Notes: generated by a model not told the origin, from the letters alone. Shown: positions 9,546 to 19,634, counted from the stretch's first letter. The stretch: 64,000 nucleotides of DNA from Myxococcota bacterium (GCA_036337435.1 JAYZEG010000037.1:32001-96000), one strand, 5' to 3'. Program-made: numbers and translations.

Positions 9546-11921
9546 ATGTTGGTTTTCCGAGCGCGTTGCTCGATCTGGTTGGTTTTTTTCATGCTTGGGT
9601 GTCAACAGCCAAAAGGCTTGGCACCCGTGGAAAAGCAAAGCAAAATCAGTGCGACGGACACAGGCCATCTCAACCCATCACTACCCGGTCTCACAGCAGA
9701 CCAGAAACTCGTCGACGAACTTCAAAAAAACGCGGTTGAGAAGCGGGGACATACGCCGAGAACGCACCATTTGGACAAGACAGGCAAACCCCGATTTACT
9801 AACCGGTTGATTCGCGAGAGCAGTCCATATTTGCTGCAGCATGCCCATAACCCTGTGAATTGGTTTCCGTGGGGTGCTGAGCCATTCAGACAAGCGCAGC
9901 GCCTCAATCGCCCTGTTCTTTTGAGTGTCGGGTACTCGACATGCCACTGGTGTCACGTGATGGAATCAGAATCATTCGAAGATCTGGAGATCGCTGAATT
10001 CATCAATCGCCATTTCATCGCCATCAAAGTGGACCGGGAAGAACGGCCCGATGTCGATGAGATTTATATGAAAGCCGTCTATGTGTTGCAGGGCCGCGGA
10101 GGATGGCCAATGACCGTCGTGATGACGCCAAAACGTCAGCCATTCTTTGCGGGCACCTATTTTCCAGCACGGGATGGAGATCGGGGGACCAGAAAGGGTT
10201 TTCTTTCCATTCTGAAGACAATTCAAATGGAATATGAAACCAAGCCTGCCGACATCGTCTCCAAAGCGTCTGATATTACAGCTCGTTTGCAGGAAATGGC
10301 ACGCCCTGAATTACCGGGTTCCCTTCCTACTGCAGCCGCGATCAAGCGTGCGGTCCAACAGTTTCAACGCCGGTTCGATGCCAACTTTGGTGGGTTTAGC
10401 CGAGCCCCTAAGTTTCCGCGTCCTGCCACCCTTGACCTGTTGATGCGCTATTCGCGTCGTACAGGTGATCAGCGTGTCCTGAGCATGGTCACGAAGACCC
10501 TTCAGGAAATGGCCAGGGGGGGGATCAATGATCAAATTGGTGGTGGATTCCATCGTTATTCGGTCGACCGCCGATGGCGAGTACCGCACTTCGAAAAGAT
10601 GCTCTACGACAATGCGCAGCTCGCAATCGCATACACAGATGCTTGGCAGATCACGGCTCGAACCGACTTCGCGTCGGTCGTCGAATCCACCCTGGACTAT
10701 ATACAACGCGAAATGACATCGAAGGCAGGTGGCTTCTACTCGGCAACAGATGCCGACAGTAAAACTCCGCTAGGTCATGCAGAAGAGGGCTGGTTTTTCA
10801 CGTGGACCCCGACCGAGATTGAACATCTTGTCGGGGCCGAGGGGCTTAAATTACTCAAGCCAACCTACGGCATTACGGCTCAAGGTGATCTGGATGGTCG
10901 CAATGTGCTGTATTTAGCGAATACGCCCGAAAAAGCTGCAGACAAGCTGGGCATCACCAAGGCCAATTATCTCGCTGAGATCACGAAATTAAAGCAGCGT
11001 CTCTACAGACACCGTCTAAAGCGCCCCCCGCCCATCCTAGATGATAAAATAATCACGTCCTGGAACGGATTAATGATCTCAGCGTTCGCGCGCGCTGGGC
11101 GCGTTTTTTCTAACTCGAGCTATATTAAATCCGCTGAGCGAGCCGCACGTTTTTTGCTGAAAAACCTAAAGACCGACGATGGCCGTTTACTGAGAACCTG
11201 GAGAATGGGAAAGGCGCATTTGAACGGGTACTTGGACGACTATGCGTTCGTGATCGCAGGTTTGATCGAACTCTACGAAACGACTGGCCATTTCCATTGG
11301 CTAGAACAGGCCATTACGCTGCAAAAGTCTTTGGATAATCATTTTGCTGACGTTGGAGGTGGATATTATCTGACCAGCCATGATCATGAGCAACTCTTGG
11401 TAAGACGAAAGCCCGCATACGATGGCGCCGAGCCCAGTGGCAATGCCATCAGTGCCATGAATTTACTGAGGCTCTACAACCTGACAACAGAGCAAATGTA
11501 TCTGGAACGAGCAGACCGCCTCTTCAGCGCGTTCACGAACCAAATGTCAACGCGCTCATCAGCTCATCCCGCTTTGCTTTCAGCTTTGGAAATGCGCCTG
11601 GATAAACCCTTCCAAATTGTTTTGGTCGGTCCCGACAAGCCGAGTCTCAAGCCTATGCTCAAGATACTTAAGACACTCTACTTACCAAATCGCGGTCTGG
11701 CTCAAGTAGTCGAAGACGTAGAGCGCCCGCCACTTGGCGTCTTGCCCATCATCGACAGCAAAATATCAATGGCCGGTCAAGCGACCGCCTATGTCTGTAT
11801 CGAAACGGTCTGTGAACGACCTACAAAAGATCCAAAAACACTGGCCCAACAACTCAAGAGACGTCAACCATTCGCGTCATTAAAACCGGCTGTAATTAAG
11901 TCGAGCCGATCAAGCCGATAA
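9546..11921 (+). CDS. Thioredoxin-domain / six-hairpin glycosidase-like protein (YyaL/SPATA20 family), predicted lipoprotein
   Basis: [53 protein letters not shown]; lipobox FMLGC. Start codon uncertain. Confidence 0.9.
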   Translation: MLVFRARCSIWLVFFMLGCQQPKGLAPVEKQSKISATDTGHLNPSLPGLTADQKLVDELQKNAVEKRGHTPRTHHLDKTGKPRFTNRLIRESSPYLLQHAHNPVNWFPWGAEPFRQAQRLNRPVLLSVGYSTCHWCHVMESESFEDLEIAEFINRHFIAIKVDREERPDVDEIYMKAVYVLQGRGGWPMTVVMTPKRQPFFAGTYFPARDGDRGTRKGFLSILKTIQMEYETKPADIVSKASDITARLQEMARPELPGSLPTAAAIKRAVQQFQRRFDANFGGFSRAPKFPRPATLDLLMRYSRRTGDQRVLSMVTKTLQEMARGGINDQIGGGFHRYSVDRRWRVPHFEKMLYDNAQLAIAYTDAWQITARTDFASVVESTLDYIQREMTSKAGGFYSATDADSKTPLGHAEEGWFFTWTPTEIEHLVGAEGLKLLKPTYGITAQGDLDGRNVLYLANTPEKAADKLGITKANYLAEITKLKQRLYRHRLKRPPPILDDKIITSWNGLMISAFARAGRVFSNSSYIKSAERAARFLLKNLKTDDGRLLRTWRMGKAHLNGYLDDYAFVIAGLIELYETTGHFHWLEQAITLQKSLDNHFADVGGGYYLTSHDHEQLLVRRKPAYDGAEPSGNAISAMNLLRLYNLTTEQMYLERADRLFSAFTNQMSTRSSAHPALLSALEMRLDKPFQIVLVGPDKPSLKPMLKILKTLYLPNRGLAQVVEDVERPPLGVLPIIDSKISMAGQATAYVCIETVCERPTKDPKTLAQQLKRRQPFASLKPAVIKSSRSSR

Positions 11922-11927
11922 ATCAAA

Positions 11928-14129
11928 TCATCGAATTTCCGTAACCGCCGTCGCTTCAATTATCAGCCACCCATTCTGAATTCGAGGCGGCGAGGGAAAA
12001 GTCGGCTGAATGGTCATGGTGTCAATGTCAGAATTGAGGGATGAAAAGGCGTCTGCTTCGACCTCAATTCCATCTAGATCCACCGTCAATAGCCCCGCGA
12101 CCGCCTCATTCAATTCAGGTCCGATTTGAGCTTGTAGGAGCGCGGAAAAGAGTGATGGATCGAGTGCCGGAAAATCCCCCCCCTCACTTAATAACTCAAA
12201 CCTGACGTCGGGAACTTCGTCGACAATACCTTCGATCTGGCCTGCTCCAAATCCAAGTCCAACACCGGCTCGTAAGCTCATGACATAGTGGTCGGGACGC
12301 TCATTGAATGGGTTTTGAACGAACAAATCGATTTCCCCAAATTGCAGTTCCATCAAATTCGGCGAACCTGGCTGCGCTGGTACAATAACGGGAGGGATGC
12401 GTGCATCCAGTGTCAGGCCGCTAATTTGCGGAAAGCCATCTGGAACAATATCAGAAAGATCGACGGTGAATGCACTTTGATGCCATGCAGACGACAGTAT
12501 ACTGTTGAAAAGTGAGAGTCGAATCGCCACAGAAATGCCTCGACTTGGAGGCCAAACGGGTTCGGCGTTCAGCGGAAAGTCTGGAATGCCTGGATGAGGG
12601 TGCGGCGCCTGGACAACCATCGGCTGACGCACAATTCCGCCCAGAATAAGTTCCATTTTGTCACGCCGGGCAAAACTTGGCTCCTGGGCATTTAGGGATA
12701 AATTGAGCTGAATGCCTGGCAACGGCGGATCGGGGCTCAGGTCCAGGGAAACGTCCCGAAGCGGTTCGATGACATCGTCGAGTCCCAATTCGATAAAATT
12801 GGGAAGTTCGTCGGCAACCAGGTCTCGGACAAGTTCGTCTGCGGCGGAATTTAAAACCCGGCGCGCTATGCTGCCAACCGTGTCAACGACTGCCTGTGCG
12901 GTTGAGTCGTTGAATTCGCCGCTGAGACTCTCGACAGCAAGGCCGAAATCATCCACGACCAACCCAGGGGTACCCCGGTCATTGATCTGCATCTCTGCCG
13001 AAGCAAAGCCAGCGACTGTCAGGATGACACGCCCAGCAAGGGAAAATGACTCTCCGCCCACATCGATAAAACCCTCAGTTTCAAAAGCCAGATTCTCTAA
13101 GCGAATAAAGATTTCAAACCCATTGTCGGTCAGGAGAATCGTGACATCGGGTATCCCCTGATCAACGTTGGTTATCCGCATCGAGAAGTCATCGTCGTCG
13201 GCAATTTGCGGATTGTCTAGGAGCGTCATTAAGTTTGAACGACTCAGCAACGCTTCAGCCGTACCCGCCAAGTCTGGAACAATCTGTAATCCATCGGGTC
13301 CAGGAGGATCTGGTGCTTCTTGACGATCGATCACAGCCTGATGAAAGCGCATGATGGCCACTCTATCCAAATCGATTTCTGAATCGTCCGCTGGAATGAC
13401 CGTAGGTGCCCATAAGACTTCTCTCACACTGCGAGTCGCCGGCCGACGAACACCATCGTCTGCGATCACGTCGATTCGGTTTAATCCAAATTCAGCTCTG
13501 AGCTCAGTCTCAAATTCACCCATTTCGTTGACCATGACAGGTTGGTCATTGATAAACACACGAATGGTTGGATCTGTGTCGGTTCGGCCACGCACGCGAA
13601 TGGATGGCTCCCCTGTAAGAATCGATGCACGGCTCGGTTCTAAAATCTCCAGACTGGGCGGTGCGTCATCGACGTAGAAGGACGCGCGGCCGCAAATATC
13701 CGGCGTCGCGCAAGCCCGAACTGCCCCTGCGCCTTCGAGTAAAAAGGTGATGGTCTCGTCATCTTCAATGTCTGCTTGACCCATTGGCTGGATATCCAGG
13801 CGGACGGGTGCATTCGCGATCACACGACCAATGCGATCGTAGACCACGTATTCAATGGTTGGCCGCTCGTTTCGACTGTAAATCCCACGTCTCGGACTGA
13901 GCTCAACATCAACATAAGCTGGAACCGCCGTCGGTGCAGCACTCATGTCGATTTGCTGGGGTCCAAGATCAGATGCTCCGACACCAAAATCAGTCAACTG
14001 AGTGCCGGAATCGGCCCCAGTGCCGTTGGACATATCGACGACATTCGAACCCATGGACGAGGAATCATCACACCCGACCAACGGGAGAAAAAGACCAAAA
14101 GCAGCGAGAAAAACGAGTCGAGTCATCAT
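11928..14129 (-). CDS. Large lipoprotein: Ig-like domains plus probable BPI/LBP (TULIP)-like C-terminal region
   Basis: Lipobox LVGC, Asp-rich linker, Ig-like segment (FGLNRIDVIADDG), SLFNSILSSAW motif; ATG lies 2 nt after the upstream stop. Domain call is inference. Confidence 0.7.
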   Translation of the reverse strand: MMTRLVFLAAFGLFLPLVGCDDSSSMGSNVVDMSNGTGADSGTQLTDFGVGASDLGPQQIDMSAAPTAVPAYVDVELSPRRGIYSRNERPTIEYVVYDRIGRVIANAPVRLDIQPMGQADIEDDETITFLLEGAGAVRACATPDICGRASFYVDDAPPSLEILEPSRASILTGEPSIRVRGRTDTDPTIRVFINDQPVMVNEMGEFETELRAEFGLNRIDVIADDGVRRPATRSVREVLWAPTVIPADDSEIDLDRVAIMRFHQAVIDRQEAPDPPGPDGLQIVPDLAGTAEALLSRSNLMTLLDNPQIADDDDFSMRITNVDQGIPDVTILLTDNGFEIFIRLENLAFETEGFIDVGGESFSLAGRVILTVAGFASAEMQINDRGTPGLVVDDFGLAVESLSGEFNDSTAQAVVDTVGSIARRVLNSAADELVRDLVADELPNFIELGLDDVIEPLRDVSLDLSPDPPLPGIQLNLSLNAQEPSFARRDKMELILGGIVRQPMVVQAPHPHPGIPDFPLNAEPVWPPSRGISVAIRLSLFNSILSSAWHQSAFTVDLSDIVPDGFPQISGLTLDARIPPVIVPAQPGSPNLMELQFGEIDLFVQNPFNERPDHYVMSLRAGVGLGFGAGQIEGIVDEVPDVRFELLSEGGDFPALDPSLFSALLQAQIGPELNEAVAGLLTVDLDGIEVEADAFSSLNSDIDTMTIQPTFPSPPRIQNGWLIIEATAVTEIR

Positions 14130-14130
14130 T

Positions 14131-16902
14131 CTACTCTCCAAAATTTCCGTCGAAAATCCACGCGGCAGGAACACCAAATAGGCGTGGTTCCCTCAAGCCC
14201 AGTGGAACGCCCGGAGGTAGGTCAAACTCCTGTAGGTCGTCGGGGATTACAAAGTCGGGTAATGGCAAGGTGGGCAATCCATCATTCAGTGCTTGGTCAA
14301 TGGTTTGCTGTATCACGCGCGTCAACGTATCCTCGAGTACTTGGCGTGCTCGATCCGGGATCTCAGCCCCGGCAAGACTGAGGTGAAACGCATCGATACG
14401 TACGCGCTGGAAAGCGATGTCACGCTCTCCCTGGATCTCGACCCCGGCTTCAATAATTGCAGCCAAGCGCACTCGTATGGGATCAACAAAGAAATCGGGA
14501 TGTACAACCCCCGCTGATAATGGACCCACCATCACCTTCACCGTCGATTCACCATCGACACCAATCACCCAAGGGGGTTGAGGAAAGCGGAGAAATACCT
14601 CTGTACCGTCGGGTAAATCTTGACCCAATCCGGCAACAAGCCCCCCCGCCTCAGCCTCGAAGTAGCCGCCCCGCCAGAGTCGGTACATAATTTGATTGAG
14701 AAGGCCAAGCTTGATAAGCGCACCGACAGACCGCCCGTCCGGTACAGCCGCAACCTCTTCCCCTGGAATCAACGGGACACCGATACCTGGGGCAGCGATC
14801 ACATCTGGCCCCGATACACCCGTGTTCACTCCAATGGTCGCTGAACCAGGAACGAAATCGAGGCGTCCTAGACTCGCATTGATGGAAAGGCGGAGATCGG
14901 GCCCGCCAGTTAAACTTGGTATGTCGAAACCCTGAGCCAACTCACCAATATCGACATTACTCAATAAGTCCGTCAGAACCCGATCAATGTTATCTGTGAG
15001 AAAATCTCGAATGGCGTCCGTGATGGTGTCTCTAATTAAGCCTTCGAACGCTTCAAACACCAATTCGAGCAAAAAACCAAGAATCCCGCTAAAGTCGGCA
15101 TCTAGATCGCCAACTCTCACCTCATTTAGGTTTCGCAATGTAATGTCGGGCTGGCCATTTCCGCGAAGGCCAACATCAAAGGTCATGTCAAGAGTGATGT
15201 GTTCCGCTCGCATCCGAACGCGGTTACCGAGGGTTCCGTTGAGCTTGGCATTTACGTTTTGCTCTCGGAATGCAACCCGGATGCGCATGCCCCGATCGAC
15301 AAGATTTAGCTCAAACAAGTTCGGTCCATTATTATTATACGACCGATATTCAACGCCTAAACGAAACAGACAAATTCCGAGGACTCGGGCGCGACATTCC
15401 GAGGGTACAAGTGGATTTTGGGCGGCCGCAGACCGATCGACCGTATCCTCGAGGCCTTGACTATTGATGACGCGTCGGAGGACATCAGCCAGACTTCGAA
15501 TCGGTGCGCTCGGCGCGCCATCGTCGAGGCTGCCCTGGCCGAGACGAAGCTGGAGTGCATCCAGGTGAGGTAAGTCGGCCGCAGCGAAACGATCCGAAGC
15601 GTAGTATGCGCAGAACGTAGACGTTTCATTCTCACCGTCGCTGGCAATGATGTCATGGACGTTGAGACCCCATTGAACTGGCACCTCAGCACTCCACCGG
15701 CCATCGTCTTGCAGGTTCGCTGCCACGCCATCCACGGTAAGACTTTCGACGCCCGCGATATCGGCGACCGTACCCGAAAGGCGATGAACACCACCAGGCG
15801 GAATCGGAATGACATCGCCCATTTCCGGTGAAACGCAGTCGACTCCGGGCCCGCCATAATCAACTAGAATTCGAATCTCTTCAGAGAGCTCACGTTCTTC
15901 CCAAGTCTCCCCCAACACGCGCACACTCAAGGTATACTCGCCTTCCTGAACACATTGAAACCGACCATCACCAAAGGTAGGTAGGGGTGGATCACTCGAG
16001 AATTCTACGGGTGCTCCGCTCACAGTGTTCCCGAACTGATCCGACACCTGAGGGATCAACTCCAAGACCGATCCAACTCGGTAGATGGGTCTTTCAGGAA
16101 ATCGTGTCACGCGTAGGCCAGCGGGAAGACCCGCTTTGACTTGTAACGACAAAGCGGGCGTGAACTCAACACCAGGTAATTCACATGCGACGCCAAATGT
16201 GCCCGCACCATCAACTCGAAAAGTCATGCCTCGCCGCTCTAAATTTCGCGGCGGTGGTGAAAATTGAACCTCGAAATTTTCATCCTCGGTTCGATTACCA
16301 AATTCGTCAAAGGACTCGCATTCGATATCAACTGTCTCCCCGGCATCAATGCTGGGTGAACTCATGCGAGTGACCGTACGCACCGGCCTCGCCGGCGTGA
16401 CCGTCCAAATCGCGGGCGTTGGATCCCTCAGACCCAGACTGTTCGCTGCACATACAACCGAGTAATCGCGAGCGATCCGACCGATCGCGCCGGCCTCGGT
16501 TCGCTCAAACCCAGTGTCTGGATAAATTTCGGGTCTTGCTCGAATCTCAGCAATCGGTTCACCCACTTGGTCGAGCACTTGGCAGGTAATTCGATTCTCA
16601 ATACCCGCCGCCGTGCGGCGTTCACCAACTCGCGTCTCAACAGCAAATGGGATCACCTCGAATTGGGCAGAATCTGGAGCCGCATCATCAACGATTGCCA
16701 TATCTTCAGGCAAAGAGAGGTCTGTCGTTGTGCCCAGATCGGCTGAGTCGGGGCCGAGATCATCGCGAGGCCCTGCATCCGTCTGAACAACCCCTGGCGG
16801 ACCGACCGATGCAACGGGTGCCTGCTGCTGGTCCTGACACGCCGTAAAAAATGTAAGTATAGGAATCATGATACGGCAAATGGAATACTTGTTAATGGAC
16901 AT
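14131..16902 (-). CDS. Large lipoprotein paralogous to 11928-14129: Ig-like domains plus probable BPI/LBP-like region
   Basis: GGAGG RBS before ATG 16902; lipobox FTAC; WGLNVHDIIASDG; GLLNQIMYRLWRGG motif. Confidence 0.7.
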   Translation of the reverse strand: MSINKYSICRIMIPILTFFTACQDQQQAPVASVGPPGVVQTDAGPRDDLGPDSADLGTTTDLSLPEDMAIVDDAAPDSAQFEVIPFAVETRVGERRTAAGIENRITCQVLDQVGEPIAEIRARPEIYPDTGFERTEAGAIGRIARDYSVVCAANSLGLRDPTPAIWTVTPARPVRTVTRMSSPSIDAGETVDIECESFDEFGNRTEDENFEVQFSPPPRNLERRGMTFRVDGAGTFGVACELPGVEFTPALSLQVKAGLPAGLRVTRFPERPIYRVGSVLELIPQVSDQFGNTVSGAPVEFSSDPPLPTFGDGRFQCVQEGEYTLSVRVLGETWEERELSEEIRILVDYGGPGVDCVSPEMGDVIPIPPGGVHRLSGTVADIAGVESLTVDGVAANLQDDGRWSAEVPVQWGLNVHDIIASDGENETSTFCAYYASDRFAAADLPHLDALQLRLGQGSLDDGAPSAPIRSLADVLRRVINSQGLEDTVDRSAAAQNPLVPSECRARVLGICLFRLGVEYRSYNNNGPNLFELNLVDRGMRIRVAFREQNVNAKLNGTLGNRVRMRAEHITLDMTFDVGLRGNGQPDITLRNLNEVRVGDLDADFSGILGFLLELVFEAFEGLIRDTITDAIRDFLTDNIDRVLTDLLSNVDIGELAQGFDIPSLTGGPDLRLSINASLGRLDFVPGSATIGVNTGVSGPDVIAAPGIGVPLIPGEEVAAVPDGRSVGALIKLGLLNQIMYRLWRGGYFEAEAGGLVAGLGQDLPDGTEVFLRFPQPPWVIGVDGESTVKVMVGPLSAGVVHPDFFVDPIRVRLAAIIEAGVEIQGERDIAFQRVRIDAFHLSLAGAEIPDRARQVLEDTLTRVIQQTIDQALNDGLPTLPLPDFVIPDDLQEFDLPPGVPLGLREPRLFGVPAAWIFDGNFGE

Positions 16903-17020
16903 TGGAACCCTCCGTATCGGCGACTCTATGGTCACTCAGAATGGTGGAACAGAGCAAGCAATTACAAATCGATGATCTCAGTTCTTGATTATCTAGGTCC
17001 CAAAAGCAGACAATCAGACC

Positions 17021-18934
17021 ATGAATGGAACCGTGAACAAGACAATTCCGCTGAGGGCAGGCATCCAAGGTCATCTGATGGTTTGGTTGACCATTGTCCC
17101 ATTGATTGCCTGCGGCGGTGATGAGTTGCCAAGTGTGGCAGACTTTGGGCGGCCAGACTTTCGAGTGGAATTCGACAGCAGCGGAAATAATCAAAGCCAA
17201 TGCGTTCAACAAACCGAGGTTTGTAATGGGCGCGACGACGACTGCGACGGTGCCATTGATGAGGAGCGGGACGTCCGCATTCAAGTTTTCGCAGATCCCG
17301 ACCACTGCGGTGCGTGTAATCGACGATGTGACGGGCCAAATGCTCGATTTGCCTGCCAGGTTGGTCAATGTGTGGTGGCAGCATGTGATCCAGGTTTTAT
17401 CGACTATAATGGTGAACCCGAGGATGGCTGTGAAGCGGACTGCGTCATCACGGCGGGCGGCCAAGAACTCTGTGATGACATCGATAACGATTGCGATGGC
17501 ACCATCGACGAGGACTTTGATCTTGAAAACGATCCGCAGAATTGTGGCGCGTGTCAGAGGGTCTGTAATGCCATCGCCAATGGCCTGAGTGGATGCGTAT
17601 CCGGGGGGTGCGAAATCGAACGCTGTGACCAGAATTGGCATGACTTGAATTCTGACATCAGCGATGGCTGCGAATACAGTTGTACGGAGCGGATTGGCAC
17701 CACGGCCAGTGAATTCTGTAATGGTCTTGATGACGATTGCGACGGACAGGTCGACGAGACGATGGGCATGCAACAACCGCCCATCCAATGCGGCATCGAA
17801 GGTGCCTGTCGATTCGACTGTGTATCGGAACAAGGCTGTGCGGATGATGAGATCTGCAATGATGGTCGAATTTGCGTACCTGCGGTTCCCGTCGAGATGA
17901 CCTGCGCCGACGATGGCGATTGCCAAGAGATTCACCCGGGCCTTGCCTGTATCTCGACAACCCGCAGACTGGGAAACGATAGAGTCACCGAACAGCGCTG
18001 TGTCGAGCGCTCGCACGAGCCAATGTGCGATGGAGCCCAAGGCTTCAGATGTATTTACTCGCTCGATTACCAACGGGCCGACGAGAGCGGGCGTTGCGAC
18101 GGTATCGACAATGATTGCGATGGCCGAACCGACGAAGATTTCATCGACGAGCTGTTCCTGGCCGACCGACAAACGCAGAGACCCTGCTCGTCCGGTCAGG
18201 GGGTTTGTCGACGAAATGGTGTTGTGACCTGTGGCCCCAACGGGGAACGCACCATTTGCAATGCCCCCATCGTGCCTGCGCAAACAAATTTGGACACGGA
18301 GTGCGACGCCATAGACCAAGATTGCGATGGTCTCGTTGACGAAGACTTCGACGATGCTGTGGTCGCCATAGACAACATAGAGATATTCGCCTACGAGGCC
18401 AGCCGTCCGGGCGCTTCGGCCGAACTCCGAGGGCTTGATCCAAATCCAAACGACGGCATCGAGACGTTTATTGAGTCCCGAGCATGTTCTCGACCTGGTG
18501 TGCTGCCTTGGGACGATGCCACCTGGAGCGAAGCGGCGGAGGCGTGCGCCCAAGCTGATGCGCGCCTTTGTACCGGTGATGAATTCGCCCGCGCTTGCGG
18601 CGGTGTTCAGACCCAACTTTACCCGTACGGAAATAGTTTCCGCTCGCTTCTCTGCAATGGCCAAACCTATGACACCGATGACGAACAGCCCGGTGTCCAA
18701 TCTCAGGCACTCGCTTGTGGTGCCATGGAAAGGTGCCAACGCGACGGTGTTTTTGACCTCTCGGGCAACCTCAAAGAATGGGTTATCGACAGCATCGGTA
18801 ACCTTCGGGCAGTCCGAGGCGGCAGCTATGCAACGGTTCTCGGTGGTGGTTTGGCATGCGATCAAGATGGAGATTGGAAAGACCGAAACTTCCACCACAG
18901 AAGCATCGGCTTCCGCTGCTGCCGCGACCGCTAG
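17021..18934 (+). CDS. Cys-rich lipoprotein with putative metal-binding repeats and a C-terminal FGE/SUMF1-like domain
   Basis: Five CxxxDxDCDGxxDE repeats, two DPxxCGAC repeats, DLSGNLKEWV...RGGSY...IGFRCC; lipobox LIAC (start may be 17078). Confidence 0.85.
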   Translation: MNGTVNKTIPLRAGIQGHLMVWLTIVPLIACGGDELPSVADFGRPDFRVEFDSSGNNQSQCVQQTEVCNGRDDDCDGAIDEERDVRIQVFADPDHCGACNRRCDGPNARFACQVGQCVVAACDPGFIDYNGEPEDGCEADCVITAGGQELCDDIDNDCDGTIDEDFDLENDPQNCGACQRVCNAIANGLSGCVSGGCEIERCDQNWHDLNSDISDGCEYSCTERIGTTASEFCNGLDDDCDGQVDETMGMQQPPIQCGIEGACRFDCVSEQGCADDEICNDGRICVPAVPVEMTCADDGDCQEIHPGLACISTTRRLGNDRVTEQRCVERSHEPMCDGAQGFRCIYSLDYQRADESGRCDGIDNDCDGRTDEDFIDELFLADRQTQRPCSSGQGVCRRNGVVTCGPNGERTICNAPIVPAQTNLDTECDAIDQDCDGLVDEDFDDAVVAIDNIEIFAYEASRPGASAELRGLDPNPNDGIETFIESRACSRPGVLPWDDATWSEAAEACAQADARLCTGDEFARACGGVQTQLYPYGNSFRSLLCNGQTYDTDDEQPGVQSQALACGAMERCQRDGVFDLSGNLKEWVIDSIGNLRAVRGGSYATVLGGGLACDQDGDWKDRNFHHRSIGFRCCRDR

Positions 18935-18980
18935 CCGGCCATCGGCCTGACTGGATTCGAAAAACATAGCCCAGAAACAA

Positions 18981-18996
18981 GCGATATACGTGCCAA
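18981..18996 (-). promoter_or_regulatory. Putative sigma54 (-24/-12) promoter
   Basis: Minus strand reads TTGGCACGTATATCGC with exact GG-N10-GC spacing; intergenic. Confidence 0.45.
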
Positions 18997-19046
18997 TTTA
19001 GATTGAGCTCGCAAATCCACATCGACCAAGCAGAGTGAGTACTTTT

Positions 19047-19366
19047 TGGGGGGGCATGTCCACCCCATTGAAGGGGGACCGTAAACCGATTGTGCCGTAG
19101 AAAAGAGTCCCCCCGGCAAGTCAGATCGACTCGCCGAGGGGAAAAAGATGGCTCACAGGGCGTCGTTCGCAGCCCCCGCGACCCGCTCCAGTCGGCCGGG
19201 CAAACCTTCCGAAGCTGCACGAGACAGTTTGCCTCGCGCTGCAGGCCACAAAAGCGGGCAAGCTTCAGTGGCGATGGCCGATGCGACTCGGCCTGAAAAG
19301 CTAGATGGGCAATCTAGCCTCAACACAGATACACGTGAGTGCATCTACCAGGGAGTGGACCCCCAG
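19047..19366 (-). ncRNA. Unassigned structured RNA candidate
   Basis: At least five hairpins plus end-to-end pairing; all five stem mismatches are A.C on + and G.U on -; includes a terminator-like 14-bp stem. Confidence 0.55.
19099..19141 (-). terminator. Putative intrinsic terminator
   Basis: Minus strand CCCCTCGGCGAGTC-gatct-GACTTGCCGGGGGG followed by ACTCTTTTCT. Confidence 0.5.
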
Positions 19367-19463
19367 CCACACACCAGAGGTATCCTGATCAAAAACCGGA
19401 CGTGGTCTGACGGAATTTCGGTGCGCTTGTATTTTTTTACCAATTTTAAAATCGCCGGTCAAC

Positions 19464-19472
19464 TTATCCACA
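19464..19472 (+). promoter_or_regulatory. Single perfect DnaA-box sequence
   Basis: TTATCCACA next to an AT-rich tract (19428-19451). Confidence 0.3.
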
Positions 19473-19634
19473 CCAGTTATGCGTCTAATTATCGCGAGTA
19501 GGTGCTCTCACTTTGGACAGTGAATTAAACGTCGAAGGCGCCAGAAATTATTCGGATTTAATGAGTCGAGATACGACGACAGTTGAGAGAGTACGCGCAA
19601 TCACCTATTGTGGAGAGCCACGAGGAGAGACGTT

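Noticed and set aside
16892..18967. 691-codon antisense ORF
   Set aside because: It is codon-aligned with the real Cys/Asp-rich + gene, whose lack of TTA/CTA/TCA codons explains the missing stops; the product has no motifs.
19195..19275. Cobalamin riboswitch (GCCACTG...GGAAGG on -) or c-di-GMP-I riboswitch (GGGCAAACC on +)
   Set aside because: Only fragments match; the B12 box, AGGGAA core and GAAA-tetraloop/receptor stems are missing.
19047..19366. RNase P, SRP or retron msr-msd identity for the structured region
   Set aside because: No GAGGAAAGTCC or ACAGAACCCGGCTTA, no SRP GGAAGGAAGCAG loop, and no reverse transcriptase in the window.
18943..19375. tmRNA (CTGGATTCGA near 18951, CACCA near 19371)
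   Set aside because: No matching acceptor stem, no T-arm GGTTCGA before the 3' end, and no tag reading frame.
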